Positions 1 through 8,859 of a stretch of 64,000 bases of DNA are shown here, piece after piece. Positions within the stretch are counted from its first letter, which is position 1, and every line of letters begins with the position of its first letter. The notes below the pieces were generated by a model. The model was not told where the DNA came from. It saw only the letters and a list, made by a program, of their open reading frames with translations, and did not search any database. This DNA comes from Candidatus Darwinibacter acetoxidans (GTDB taxonomy: Bacteria > Bacillota > Limnochordia > Darwinibacteriales > Darwinibacteriaceae), in NCBI GenBank assembly GCA_041936745.1, contig JBHGWS010000001.1:2951-66950 (forward strand). The letters run 5' to 3'. The translations under genes were made by a program, and so were the position numbers.

Positions 1-32
1 CATCGTTTCCCGAAGGCGTTACCTTTGCGGTC

Positions 33-1514
33 TTGACAATGAACGCCTTGGCACCCCTTTTGGAAAAGCTGACCATTCCCATTCCCTTTGGAGTCGGTTT
101 GGCTCGGGAAGAAAGAATCAAAGGTACGGTGGCCTGCGCGGCAGCAATAATTATTGTGGTGGGTGCTTTAATCTGGCTTGATGCCGTTCACCCGGCCGTA
201 ACACCTGTTCTCAGCCACGGCAGGCATTTGCCGGTTGAGGCTTTGTTGGGTACGGCGGATTATGAAACGGTGGAACACGAAGGTGTCCGCTACTATCTAA
301 GGAAAAATGAAGAAGGCGAACCAGCTGCAGCTGTTTTTCTGGCTGAACAGGGCGGCTTTAACGGCCCTATTCATTTCCTGGTGGCCTTAGATCAAGAATA
401 CAGAATCAGTGAATTACAGATTTTAGAACACCGGGAAGACCCCGGCCTAGGTGAGCTGATTACCGAGGCAAGTTTCTTAGAGCAATTCATTGGTAAAGGT
501 GGGGCGAATGAACTGGCCCTCGGCCGGGACATTCAAGGTATCAGCGGCGCCACTATTTCGTCCCGCTCGTTTACAACAGGAGTGAGGCGGGCATTGGCAT
601 CCTTCCAAGACGCTTTCTTCCCTCAGGAAGAAGAGGTGGGTTGGCTCGATGGCACGTATTTCGGCAGTGCTGATTCCTTTGGCGGCGAATTGGAAGTCGA
701 GGTAGTCGTGACAGCCGGTAAAATTGCCGCTGTAGAAATAGTCGGCCACTCTGATACCCCGAGTATCGCCGGTGGGGCAATTGAAAATATCCCTGGCCGC
801 ATTGTGGCGGCTAATGCAGCTAAAGTTGATGGCATATCCGGTGCGACGATCACGAGTGACGCCATCATGGGCGCCGTTCAAAGAGCGCTGACAGATGCTG
901 CAGGCGTTGGTGAACCTACAACGGATGCTTTCTTACTGCCTGCTGAAGACGGCGTTTACCGCGGCGAAGGCGAAGGCTTTGGCGGTAAACTGGTTTTAGA
1001 TGTAACGATCGATGGAGGCAAAATCAGTGAGCTTGAAGTTATCGCCAGCGAAGAGACGCCTTTCATTGCCGATTCCGCTTTAGAAAAACTCCTGCCCGCC
1101 ATCATCGAGGCCCAAGGGCCTGTTGATGCAGTAAGCGGTGCAACAAGGACCAGCGAAGCGGTACTGGCAGCCGTTAAAGCAGCTTTAGCCGGTGAACCGG
1201 CGGTGGAGGGAGAAATAGAAGAAAGGCGAGAAAGTTATGAAATAGATCTGCCTGACGGAGTTTATCGCGGCGAAGGCGAAGGCTTTGGCGGTAAACTGGT
1301 TTTAGATGTAACGATCGATGGAGGCAAAATCAGTGAGCTTGAAGTTATCGCCAGCGAAGAGACTCCTTTCATTGCCGATTCCGCTTTAGAAAAACTCCTG
1401 CCCGCCATCATCGAGGCCCAAGGGCCTGTTGATGCAGTAAGCGGTGCTACGAAAACAAGTGAAGGCGTTTTGCAAGCCATAAGGGATGCCTTGAGTGTAA
1501 AGGAGGGCCAATGA
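33..1514 (+). CDS. rnfG: Rnf electron-transport complex subunit G-like protein with four FMN-binding domains. The frame is open back to nt 3, so the start may lie upstream of the window or the product may be fused to RnfD.
   Basis: N-terminal TM helix followed by an FMN_bind domain with the S/TGAT motif (ISGATISSR). Three further FMN_bind-like domains follow, each with a GISGATIT or VSGATxTS motif. The gene sits directly upstream of rnfE and rnfA. Confidence 0.75.
   Translation: MTMNALAPLLEKLTIPIPFGVGLAREERIKGTVACAAAIIIVVGALIWLDAVHPAVTPVLSHGRHLPVEALLGTADYETVEHEGVRYYLRKNEEGEPAAAVFLAEQGGFNGPIHFLVALDQEYRISELQILEHREDPGLGELITEASFLEQFIGKGGANELALGRDIQGISGATISSRSFTTGVRRALASFQDAFFPQEEEVGWLDGTYFGSADSFGGELEVEVVVTAGKIAAVEIVGHSDTPSIAGGAIENIPGRIVAANAAKVDGISGATITSDAIMGAVQRALTDAAGVGEPTTDAFLLPAEDGVYRGEGEGFGGKLVLDVTIDGGKISELEVIASEETPFIADSALEKLLPAIIEAQGPVDAVSGATRTSEAVLAAVKAALAGEPAVEGEIEERRESYEIDLPDGVYRGEGEGFGGKLVLDVTIDGGKISELEVIASEETPFIADSALEKLLPAIIEAQGPVDAVSGATKTSEGVLQAIRDALSVKEGQ
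960..1451. repeat. In-frame tandem direct repeat inside rnfG: about 186 nt copies at 960-1145 and 1266-1451, offset by 306 nt, with about 1 mismatch.
   Basis: Seen by direct comparison. The run cgcggcgaaggcgaaggctttggcggtaaactggttttagatgtaacgatcgatggaggcaaaatcagtgagcttgaagttatcgccagcgaagagac...gcagtaagcggtgc occurs twice. Confidence 0.9.
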
Positions 1515-2104
1515 TCTTGAAGAAGTTATGGGAAAACATTTTTTGTAAAAACCCTGTCTTTGTCCTATTTCTAGGCCTTGTGCCGGCAGTGGCCGTTGCC
1601 TCAACCGCCGCACAAGGATTTATGATAGGTTTAGTAACAGCGGTCATTTTAGTTGCAGCCGGCTTGTTGGATTCCCTGTTTGCTTTGGTTTTAGCGGAAA
1701 ATATCAGGCCGATCGGCAGAATTGCTGTTTTGATAGTCCTAACTGTGGCAACACACAGTTTGCTTCTGCAAATTGAACCGGGCCTAGTCGCTGAACTCGG
1801 TATTTTCTTACCCCTTTTGGTCGTAAACAGTTTAGTTATTTACAGTTTGGGACAAGATTTGCCACCGGGCGCAGCGATTCTGGATGCAGTGGGGAAAAGC
1901 CTGGGATTTATAGGTGCCTTGATTGTCATTGGCCTTGTGCGCGAGTTTTTAGGTGCCGGTACTTTGTTTGGGGTGACAGTTCTAAAAACGGTTTTACCGC
2001 CACTTTCTTTGGCCAATTCGGTGCCGGGGGGCTTAATTATAGTGGGCTTTCTTTTGGCATTAGCCAACAAATTGACAGGACGGGGAGGCGAGCAGCATGA
2101 CTGA
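1511..2104 (+). CDS. rnfE: Rnf complex subunit E
   Basis: Polytopic membrane protein with RnfE/NqrD-like N-terminus (NPVFVLFLGLVPAVAVAS). ATGA overlap with the rnfG stop. Confidence 0.85.
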   Translation: MILKKLWENIFCKNPVFVLFLGLVPAVAVASTAAQGFMIGLVTAVILVAAGLLDSLFALVLAENIRPIGRIAVLIVLTVATHSLLLQIEPGLVAELGIFLPLLVVNSLVIYSLGQDLPPGAAILDAVGKSLGFIGALIVIGLVREFLGAGTLFGVTVLKTVLPPLSLANSVPGGLIIVGFLLALANKLTGRGGEQHD

Positions 2105-2630
2105 AGGAATGGAACTTTTGGCTCAAACCATAATCAGCGGGAACTTACTTTTAATCCAAGGCCTGGGACTTTACGCCCTAACTCGCTATACCAAGAGTGT
2201 TAAACAGGCGGCGAAAAGCGGTGGAATCACTGCAGGGGCAATGTTCATCGGCAGCTTGGTACTTTGGGCTTTAAACGGCGTTAGTTTTAATTCTCCCTCG
2301 GCGCAGATTGGGTTTTATACTTTAGTTGGAGTATGTTCCGCGGTTGCAGCCCAAAAACTGTTTAATCCCGAATTTTCCGTTGAGGAAGGAATGTTTGACA
2401 GTGCAGTGGTCGGCTCCCTACTTTTACTGTGCCAAAACAACGTGCTTGGGGTGGATGGGATTTGGACCGCTTTAGGCGCCGGCGCGGGCTATTTTCTCGC
2501 CCTCACCGTTATGGCAACTCTGCGTGAGCGTTTGGAACTCGCTCCCGTGCCCAAAGCCCTGCAGGGGACGCCTATCATGTTGATTACTGCGGGCCTCTTA
2601 GCAGTAGCACTGCTCGGGTTCCGCTTTTAA
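2097..2630 (+). CDS. rnfA: Rnf complex subunit A
   Basis: RnfA/NqrE-like membrane protein. Its start overlaps the rnfE stop. Confidence 0.85.
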   Translation: MTEGMELLAQTIISGNLLLIQGLGLYALTRYTKSVKQAAKSGGITAGAMFIGSLVLWALNGVSFNSPSAQIGFYTLVGVCSAVAAQKLFNPEFSVEEGMFDSAVVGSLLLLCQNNVLGVDGIWTALGAGAGYFLALTVMATLRERLELAPVPKALQGTPIMLITAGLLAVALLGFRF

Positions 2631-2711
2631 TTGTAAAGAAGATTCAGATAAAGGCAGGTATTCGAGGAACGCTGGAGAACCAAGGAAATACCCGGGGAAA
2701 AGGGGGAACCA

Positions 2712-3089
2712 ATGAAAAATAAACAACGGGTAATTCTTTTGGGGCTCATACTTTTAAGTTTGGTGTACCAAGGGGTGCGGTGGCAGGCGGGCAGCGGAGT
2801 AGTAGAAACCGTGCTGGATCTTGGCCCGGCCGGTGTCAGGGTTCAGGCCGCTTCTGAACCGGAGCGCCACTGCTCTTTAGTACACGTGAACACCGCGGGG
2901 ATGGCGGAATTACAGACTCTGCCGGGAATTGGCCCTGTCTATGCGGAGCGAATCATTATCGAAAGGCGTGAAAAGCCTTTCGTACGCAAGCGTGATCTGT
3001 TAAGGGTTGCGGGGATCGGGGAAAAACGCCTGGCACAGATCATTGATTTAATCTGCCTCTATCCGGAAGGCAATGACGAAGATAAGTAA
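2712..3089 (+). CDS. comEA: Competence protein ComEA, a helix-hairpin-helix DNA receptor
   Basis: Signal/TM N-terminus. C-terminal HhH motifs (LQTLPGIGPVYAERII...LLRVAGIGEKRLAQI). Confidence 0.8.
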   Translation: MKNKQRVILLGLILLSLVYQGVRWQAGSGVVETVLDLGPAGVRVQAASEPERHCSLVHVNTAGMAELQTLPGIGPVYAERIIIERREKPFVRKRDLLRVAGIGEKRLAQIIDLICLYPEGNDEDK

Positions 3090-5355
3090 TTTTTTCATCT
3101 TATTTCCCCTCCTGGCTCTGGGAATCCTTTATGGTTCCCGGAGCCATGTTTCTCCCCACCTTTTTATTTGGCTGCTCCTGCTCATACCTTTATGGCTTTG
3201 GCTGGAGTATAAAGGCAGAAAAGCAGCCGGCTTGGTTTACTGGGCCGTTCTCACGGGAGCCATAACTGCTCTCGGTTGCCTGGCAGCGGCGCCCCAAGCA
3301 GCGGATTGGCCGAAAGACCCGCAAAAACTGACTGCTGTGGTAAAGTCGGTGCAAACCCTCAGCAGCGATCAGAGGGTGCTGGTGACTACAATTCCGCAAA
3401 AATTGGGCCTGGCCCTGCATTTACCGCTGGATGTGCCTGTGTCGGCCGGTGATTACATAGAGTTTAAAGGCACGATTACAACGCCGCCTTCAGCTCCTAA
3501 TCCCGGGATGTTTTCTTACAGAGATTATTTAAACCAATTGGGGGTTTGGGGCCTCTGCTATCCCGTGGAGTTTACGATTCAAAAAAGGGTGCAGCGCAGC
3601 GTTTTGGCCCGCCTGCGGGAATGGTGCTTGCAGAATATAAACAGGGATCTGGATGATCCCGGGCTAGTTTCGGCCTTGGTGTTAGGTGACCGGGCGGGCT
3701 TATCGCAAGAGAGGCGGGAAAATTGGCGCCTCTTAGGCATCAACCACCTTTTAGCCATTTCAGGCATGCACGTGGGTTTGGCCGCTCTGTTTTTCGCTTT
3801 GTTTCTTAAACGGCTGCCCCTGCGGCCTCTTTTTAGGCTGCTTTTGACGCAGGTATTCCTCTTAGCTTATATCCTCCTGGCGGGAAACAGCGCTTCCGCC
3901 TGGCGGGCTTTCGCCGCCTTTGCCCTAGGCGGTTTGGGAAATCACCGCAGGCTGCTTTTAAACCCTCTGCACATCTGGTCTTTGGTTGGCTTCACTCTGC
4001 TTGTGGCCCAGCCGCAGCTTCTTTTTCAAAAAGCATTTACGCTTTCCTTTGTCGCTTCCGGCGGAATTCTGCTTTGGATGCCCGTCTTACGCTGCCAAAA
4101 AGGCGGCGCTTTTTGGCGTTATCTGATTAATTCTATGGCCGTTTCCGTAATCGCACAGCTCAGCTTGGCACCTCTTCTCCTCCATTATTTCGCCGAAATA
4201 GCTGTTTTGGGACCTCTTGCTACCTTGGTCTTTCTCCCCTTTACGGCGGTAATTTTGGCCGGGGGTTTTCTGGCAGCTTTAGGGCTGGGCCCTTGGGGTG
4301 TGGCACAGCTTTTGAATGCAGTGATTCGGTGCGTAACCATCTTAGAGAATTCATTAGTTCCTTACGCCCTCCAGTGGCAGCCTCAATATTTAAGCCAGGG
4401 TGAGATTTTACTTTGGTGGGCATTTTTTATCTATGCCGGCTGGCGCCTCCGGCGGCCCCGCTTAACAGTGCCTAAAAACACATACCGCCGCCTGCTCTAT
4501 CTCTTCTTACTCATCTGTTTAATCAGCGGGCTGCCTGCTTTCATTCGCCGGCCCTTAGAAGTAACTGCGTTGAATGTTGGGCAGGGAGACTGTTTTTTTA
4601 TTCGGACTCCCGGCGGCCTCAATTTATTAGTTGACGGCGGCGGTGACAGCCCCTATTGGCAGGCCAGAGGCCGCAACGTGGGCAGGGAGCGCGTTTTACC
4701 CTACCTGCGCCGGCGGGGCGTGGCTAAGTTAGATGCGGTCATTTTATCCCATCCCCACGAAGATCACCTCTTTGGGCTGTTGGCGGTCTTAGAAGAGCTG
4801 GAAGTTGCAGTAGTGATCGATAACGGCCAGGCCCATCCCACGCCAACTTACGAGCGTTATCTCGATCTGATTAGCGCTAAGAATATTCCCCATGTGGCCG
4901 CCAGGCGCGGCGAGCGCCTTGTTTTGGAAAGGGGCATCAGCCTGGAAATTCTTCACCCGGGCAGGCTGCTTGCGGGTACGGATTCTGACGCCAATAATAA
5001 TTCTTTAGTTTTTCAGCTCGCCTACGGGCGGGTCAAGATGTTGTTTACAGGCGATATTGAACTACCTGTTTTGTACGATCTGGTGGCGATACAAGGAGAG
5101 CACCTTGAATCAAAGTGGTTGAAAGTACCTCACCACGGCAGTCGGAGCAGTTTTTATCCGGAATTTTACGATGCTGTCGATCCCGCGTTTGCCGTAATAC
5201 CCGCGGGGGAAGGCAACCTGTTCGGCCATCCTCACCCGGAGGTAACAAGTTTATTTAACCAAAAGGGCATTCGTTGGAGCACACCCGGCGCGGGCCCGGT
5301 CAGATTTTTTGTTTGGTGGGGTTTTTTCAGCAGGTTTTTATCTGCGGCACACTGA
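3073..5355 (+). CDS. comEC: DNA internalization competence protein ComEC/Rec2
   Basis: Polytopic competence domain followed by a C-terminal metallo-beta-lactamase domain (HPHEDH, HHGS). Overlaps the comEA stop. Confidence 0.85.
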   Translation: MTKISNFFILFPLLALGILYGSRSHVSPHLFIWLLLLIPLWLWLEYKGRKAAGLVYWAVLTGAITALGCLAAAPQAADWPKDPQKLTAVVKSVQTLSSDQRVLVTTIPQKLGLALHLPLDVPVSAGDYIEFKGTITTPPSAPNPGMFSYRDYLNQLGVWGLCYPVEFTIQKRVQRSVLARLREWCLQNINRDLDDPGLVSALVLGDRAGLSQERRENWRLLGINHLLAISGMHVGLAALFFALFLKRLPLRPLFRLLLTQVFLLAYILLAGNSASAWRAFAAFALGGLGNHRRLLLNPLHIWSLVGFTLLVAQPQLLFQKAFTLSFVASGGILLWMPVLRCQKGGAFWRYLINSMAVSVIAQLSLAPLLLHYFAEIAVLGPLATLVFLPFTAVILAGGFLAALGLGPWGVAQLLNAVIRCVTILENSLVPYALQWQPQYLSQGEILLWWAFFIYAGWRLRRPRLTVPKNTYRRLLYLFLLICLISGLPAFIRRPLEVTALNVGQGDCFFIRTPGGLNLLVDGGGDSPYWQARGRNVGRERVLPYLRRRGVAKLDAVILSHPHEDHLFGLLAVLEELEVAVVIDNGQAHPTPTYERYLDLISAKNIPHVAARRGERLVLERGISLEILHPGRLLAGTDSDANNNSLVFQLAYGRVKMLFTGDIELPVLYDLVAIQGEHLESKWLKVPHHGSRSSFYPEFYDAVDPAFAVIPAGEGNLFGHPHPEVTSLFNQKGIRWSTPGAGPVRFFVWWGFFSRFLSAAH

Positions 5356-5379
5356 ATAGACAAAGTGGAGGGATTTAAT

Positions 5380-6366
5380 GTGCAGCGCGTTTTGGAAAAC
5401 ATTAAAACAAAACCCCTGCCGCGGGCCTTTCTTGTCCACGGCCCCGAAACGGCCTGGCACGAGGCGGTTTTTAAGGCTTTGCGGGAAAAGATAGCCGCAG
5501 AAGGATTCATTGAATGGAATTGGTCGCTCTTCATCGGTACAAAAGATTTCGATGAAACACCTCTTTTAACGGATTTGGCCGCGATTCCTTGGGGCGGCAC
5601 GGCCAAGATTGCGATTTTGAAAGAAGCACATTTAATACCTGCCGCCACAATGGATAAAGTGGCCCAATGGTTGGAGAACCATCCTAAAGCCAATTGTTTA
5701 GCTGTCTTTTTACCCCGTTTGGACCGGCGGTTAAAATATGTGAAGACGATGCAGAGTATTGCCTGGGAGATTGAATGCCTGCCGCTGCAAGGCGAACGTT
5801 TAGTCAGGTATGTGCAGGATTACTGCCTGAGCCAAAGCAGGCGGCTCCAGCGGCCCGCCGTGGAAGCTTTATTGGCAAGAACAGGCTCCGGTTTGTTTTT
5901 CATCCACAACGAATTAGATAAGCTGATTGCTGCAACTGAAGGCAGGGACGAAATCACCCGAGATGATGTGCTTTCTTTAACTTCGCTGTCGCCGGCACAG
6001 ATCGCCGGCGATGCCGTGTTTCGAATGACGGACTTTTTAGCGCAGCGCAAGCGGCGGGAAGCGCTGGAGGTTTTAGACCTTTTGCTTGCGGCGGGGGAAT
6101 CCCCCCTGCGTATCCTGCCCCTTTTGGAAAGGCACTTAAGATTACTTTTGGCCGCTAAAACCAGAACAGGGTCTTTAGAAAAGACCGCCCGGCAGATGGG
6201 CGAAAGCAGCAGCTATGCACTGCAGAAAATCCAAGCCCAGGCAAAAAAACATTCCATGCCGGAAATCTTCGCGGGTTTTTCCCACGTTGTCTATGCCGAC
6301 CGGGAAATGAAACTGGGGGCTGCCGGGGACCAAATCTTACGAGAGTTGATCGTTAAATTAACTTAA
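5380..6366 (+). CDS. holA: DNA polymerase III subunit delta. An alternative GTG start lies at 5365.
   Basis: HolA-like N-terminus (LVHGPE). GGAGGG sits 8 nt upstream of GTG 5380. Gene order comEC-holA-rpsT matches Firmicute synteny. Confidence 0.75.
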   Translation: MQRVLENIKTKPLPRAFLVHGPETAWHEAVFKALREKIAAEGFIEWNWSLFIGTKDFDETPLLTDLAAIPWGGTAKIAILKEAHLIPAATMDKVAQWLENHPKANCLAVFLPRLDRRLKYVKTMQSIAWEIECLPLQGERLVRYVQDYCLSQSRRLQRPAVEALLARTGSGLFFIHNELDKLIAATEGRDEITRDDVLSLTSLSPAQIAGDAVFRMTDFLAQRKRREALEVLDLLLAAGESPLRILPLLERHLRLLLAAKTRTGSLEKTARQMGESSSYALQKIQAQAKKHSMPEIFAGFSHVVYADREMKLGAAGDQILRELIVKLT

Positions 6367-6371
6367 GAACG

Positions 6372-6409
6372 AAAAAAACGCCTCATCCAACCGGAAGGGC
6401 GTTTTTTTT
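6372..6409. terminator. Bidirectional rho-independent terminator between the convergent holA and rpsT genes
   Basis: A7 run, then stem aacgcc/ggcgtt, then T8 run. Functional on both strands. Confidence 0.55.
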
Positions 6410-6670
6410 CTACGCCTGAGCGGCTAATCGTTTAGACAAACGGGATTTTTTGCGCGCCGCCGTGTTTTTATGGATAATCCCTCTCGCCGCGGCCTTGTCT
6501 AAAGCCCGGATCGCTTTTTTAAGGTAAGCTGGTGCGTTTTCGGGGTCGTTCTCCAACGCCTGTTCAAACCGCCTTACGTTATTTTTAAGCGCAGTTTTCC
6601 TGGCCATATTAGCACGGCGTTTTTTTTCGTTAACCAGGATTCTTTTTTTTGCAGATCTACTGGTTGCCAA
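6410..6670 (-). CDS. rpsT: 30S ribosomal protein S20, with a TTG start
   Basis: MATSRSAKKRIL... basic S20-like sequence. GGAGGTG RBS is present. Confidence 0.9.
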   Translation of the reverse strand: MATSRSAKKRILVNEKKRRANMARKTALKNNVRRFEQALENDPENAPAYLKKAIRALDKAAARGIIHKNTAARKKSRLSKRLAAQA

Positions 6671-6704
6671 GATACTTCACCTCCCCTGGCAAATTCACCT
6701 TGTA

Positions 6705-6733
6705 ATTATATCATTTGGCAGGTGTGAATTCAA
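6705..6733 (-). promoter_or_regulatory. sigma-A promoter of rpsT on the minus strand: TTGAAT, 17-nt spacer, TATAAT
   Basis: Reverse complement of 6705-6733 reads ttgaat tcacacctgccaaatga tataat. Confidence 0.55.
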
Positions 6734-7140
6734 GCTGCCGGGGCCCTGATTCGTACTCAGTTTTAAACTGAACATTTCGGATTCTCTGTCAGATTGCCGC
6801 CGCGATTGGGGCGAAACTTGCTGTTCCGTAAATGTTTTCCGGACAGGAGTTGAAAAAACCCCTAATCCCAACTGCGTGCCAAGACGGAGGGTTCCTTCTC
6901 ATGAATAGTTTAACTTGGATCCACCGCCTTTGCAACGGTTTTAGAAAAACTTTAGGCCATCTTGACCGCATTTAGCCGAGAAACGGCAAAAGAGACGGTT
7001 CCCTGCCAAACTGCACGTTTTGTTCCCGGAAGAGGGGCACCCTTGGGATTTTAAATTAGGGCTCTCAAGCATTAGACTTCGGAGCCTGCCTTGGAATAAC
7101 TCTTTCCGTTTGGGTTAATCTAACAAGGAAGGGAGGTAAA

Positions 7141-8217
7141 TTGATGCAGGAACGGGAAGATAAAGCTTTTTTTGAAAAGTACAATGTGCGCACCGATCTG
7201 GCTTTAGAATCTCACCAAGTCATAATGGAAAAGGAGGCTTCACCCGAACTGCCGGGTGTGAAGGTCCGCACGGAAGAAACGAAGGATGCGGTGATTACCC
7301 GCATTACCGTGGAAAACGATTTGGGGGCCCGCATGATGGGAAAAGCCCCCGGCAACTACTCCACTATTGAAGCACCGGCGCTGCGCCAGCACAATCGGGA
7401 TATTCAAGAAGATATTGCACAGCTTTTAACTCGAGAATTGGAATGGTTTTTGGCAGAAGCGGAATTGGGCGCAGAAGACAGTATTTTAATTGTAGGTTTG
7501 GGGAATTGGAACGCAACCCCGGACGCTTTGGGGCCCAGGGTCATTGAAAACCTGATGGTTACCAGGCACCTTTTGGAATTGTCCCCACCTGAGCTGCGGG
7601 AGGGTTTACGGCCCGTTGCCGCCGTTGCCCCGGGTGTTTTAGGTTTAACCGGCATCGAAACGGGTGAAATCATCATGGGTGTGGTCGATAGGATAGGTGC
7701 AAAAGCCGTGATCTGCATAGATGCCCTTGCCAGCCGCAGCGTAGACAGGCTCTGCAGTACAATTCAGATTTCCGATACGGGCATCCACCCGGGTTCAGGC
7801 GTGGGTAACCGCCGTTTAGCCATCAACGAGGAGACGTTGGGGATTCCCGTTATCGCTATCGGCATTCCTACAGTGGTCCATGCGGTCACAATAGTATCCG
7901 ATGCCATGGACCTTTTGGAGAAAGGCAGTGTTGAGCCGCCGCCGGGGGAGAAGTTGCCCGAACGGACAGAATTTGAAGTAGATCCCCAGTTTTTGATGAG
8001 CGAGGAAAACGGCAAGGTACCTCCCAACGTTAGTGCAGGTGCGGATAAACGGCAGCTCATCGGCCAAGTGCTGGAGCCTTACATGGGTTCCATGATCGTG
8101 ACACCGAAAGAAATAGATCAGCTGATCGATGAGGTCTCGGACGTTGTGGCGGGGGCTTTGAATACTTCGTTTCACGAAGGTGTCAGCTACGACGAAATCT
8201 TTAAATACTTAAGCTAG
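7141..8217 (+). CDS. gpr: Germination protease GPR
   Basis: N-terminus ...YNVRTDLALESH is typical of GPR endopeptidase. Its position between rpsT and spoIIP matches Bacillus synteny. Confidence 0.85.
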   Translation: MMQEREDKAFFEKYNVRTDLALESHQVIMEKEASPELPGVKVRTEETKDAVITRITVENDLGARMMGKAPGNYSTIEAPALRQHNRDIQEDIAQLLTRELEWFLAEAELGAEDSILIVGLGNWNATPDALGPRVIENLMVTRHLLELSPPELREGLRPVAAVAPGVLGLTGIETGEIIMGVVDRIGAKAVICIDALASRSVDRLCSTIQISDTGIHPGSGVGNRRLAINEETLGIPVIAIGIPTVVHAVTIVSDAMDLLEKGSVEPPPGEKLPERTEFEVDPQFLMSEENGKVPPNVSAGADKRQLIGQVLEPYMGSMIVTPKEIDQLIDEVSDVVAGALNTSFHEGVSYDEIFKYLS

Positions 8218-8771
8218 TGCCTCTTTAAGGGCCTTTGAATAAGGATGTGGCCGCCAATTGATTCTATTTCCCTGCCCTCCACGAGTATATGTACTTTTTC
8301 AATGTAGTCGAATTCCGTAAGTGTATTGACGATGGCCTCTACCAAGTACGCTTCTATTAAAGAACCGCCGTTAAAGTCGTCTACTATTTCACCGCTGAAA
8401 TTTACTGTAGCTGTACCCCCTTGAATGTCAAGGCCTAAAATTCTGGTTGTGTGAGGCACAGACTCCATCAAATCTTCCGAGGCTAACGGCCCGTTTAATA
8501 AAGCCTGTAAAGCGACGGCAGGGGTTACCTCCCCGGCAATCTGCCTGTGCACGGGGACCAGCCAGAAATTCGTTGGATCAGATGCAATCAGGTAAATTTG
8601 GGCACTCGTCTGCCTGTTTTCCTTCCATTGCGCGGCGGTGGCTTCTTTGGCCTGAGCAAGATCAGCTTCCAAAGAGGCCACCTTGTCGTTGAGCAGAAAG
8701 ATTTGATATAAGCCGCAAACAAAGCTGATGGCAAGTAAAATCAGGCCGGCAATTTTTAAACAGCGCACCAT
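8214..8771 (-). CDS. GerM-domain membrane-anchored protein. The ORF-track start at 8936 is rejected in favour of ATG 8771.
   Basis: N-terminal TM segment plus GerM-like C-terminal region. AAGAGGTGAG RBS precedes ATG 8771. Convergent 4-bp overlap with gpr. Confidence 0.6.
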   Translation of the reverse strand: MVRCLKIAGLILLAISFVCGLYQIFLLNDKVASLEADLAQAKEATAAQWKENRQTSAQIYLIASDPTNFWLVPVHRQIAGEVTPAVALQALLNGPLASEDLMESVPHTTRILGLDIQGGTATVNFSGEIVDDFNGGSLIEAYLVEAIVNTLTEFDYIEKVHILVEGREIESIGGHILIQRPLKRH

Positions 8772-8859
8772 CTCACCTCTTTTCCGCCCTTGGGCTAAGT
8801 TTAGTCTATCATATTTTGCCGGCGGGACAAATATATTTGGGAAGAGAAGAGGTGGTGAG

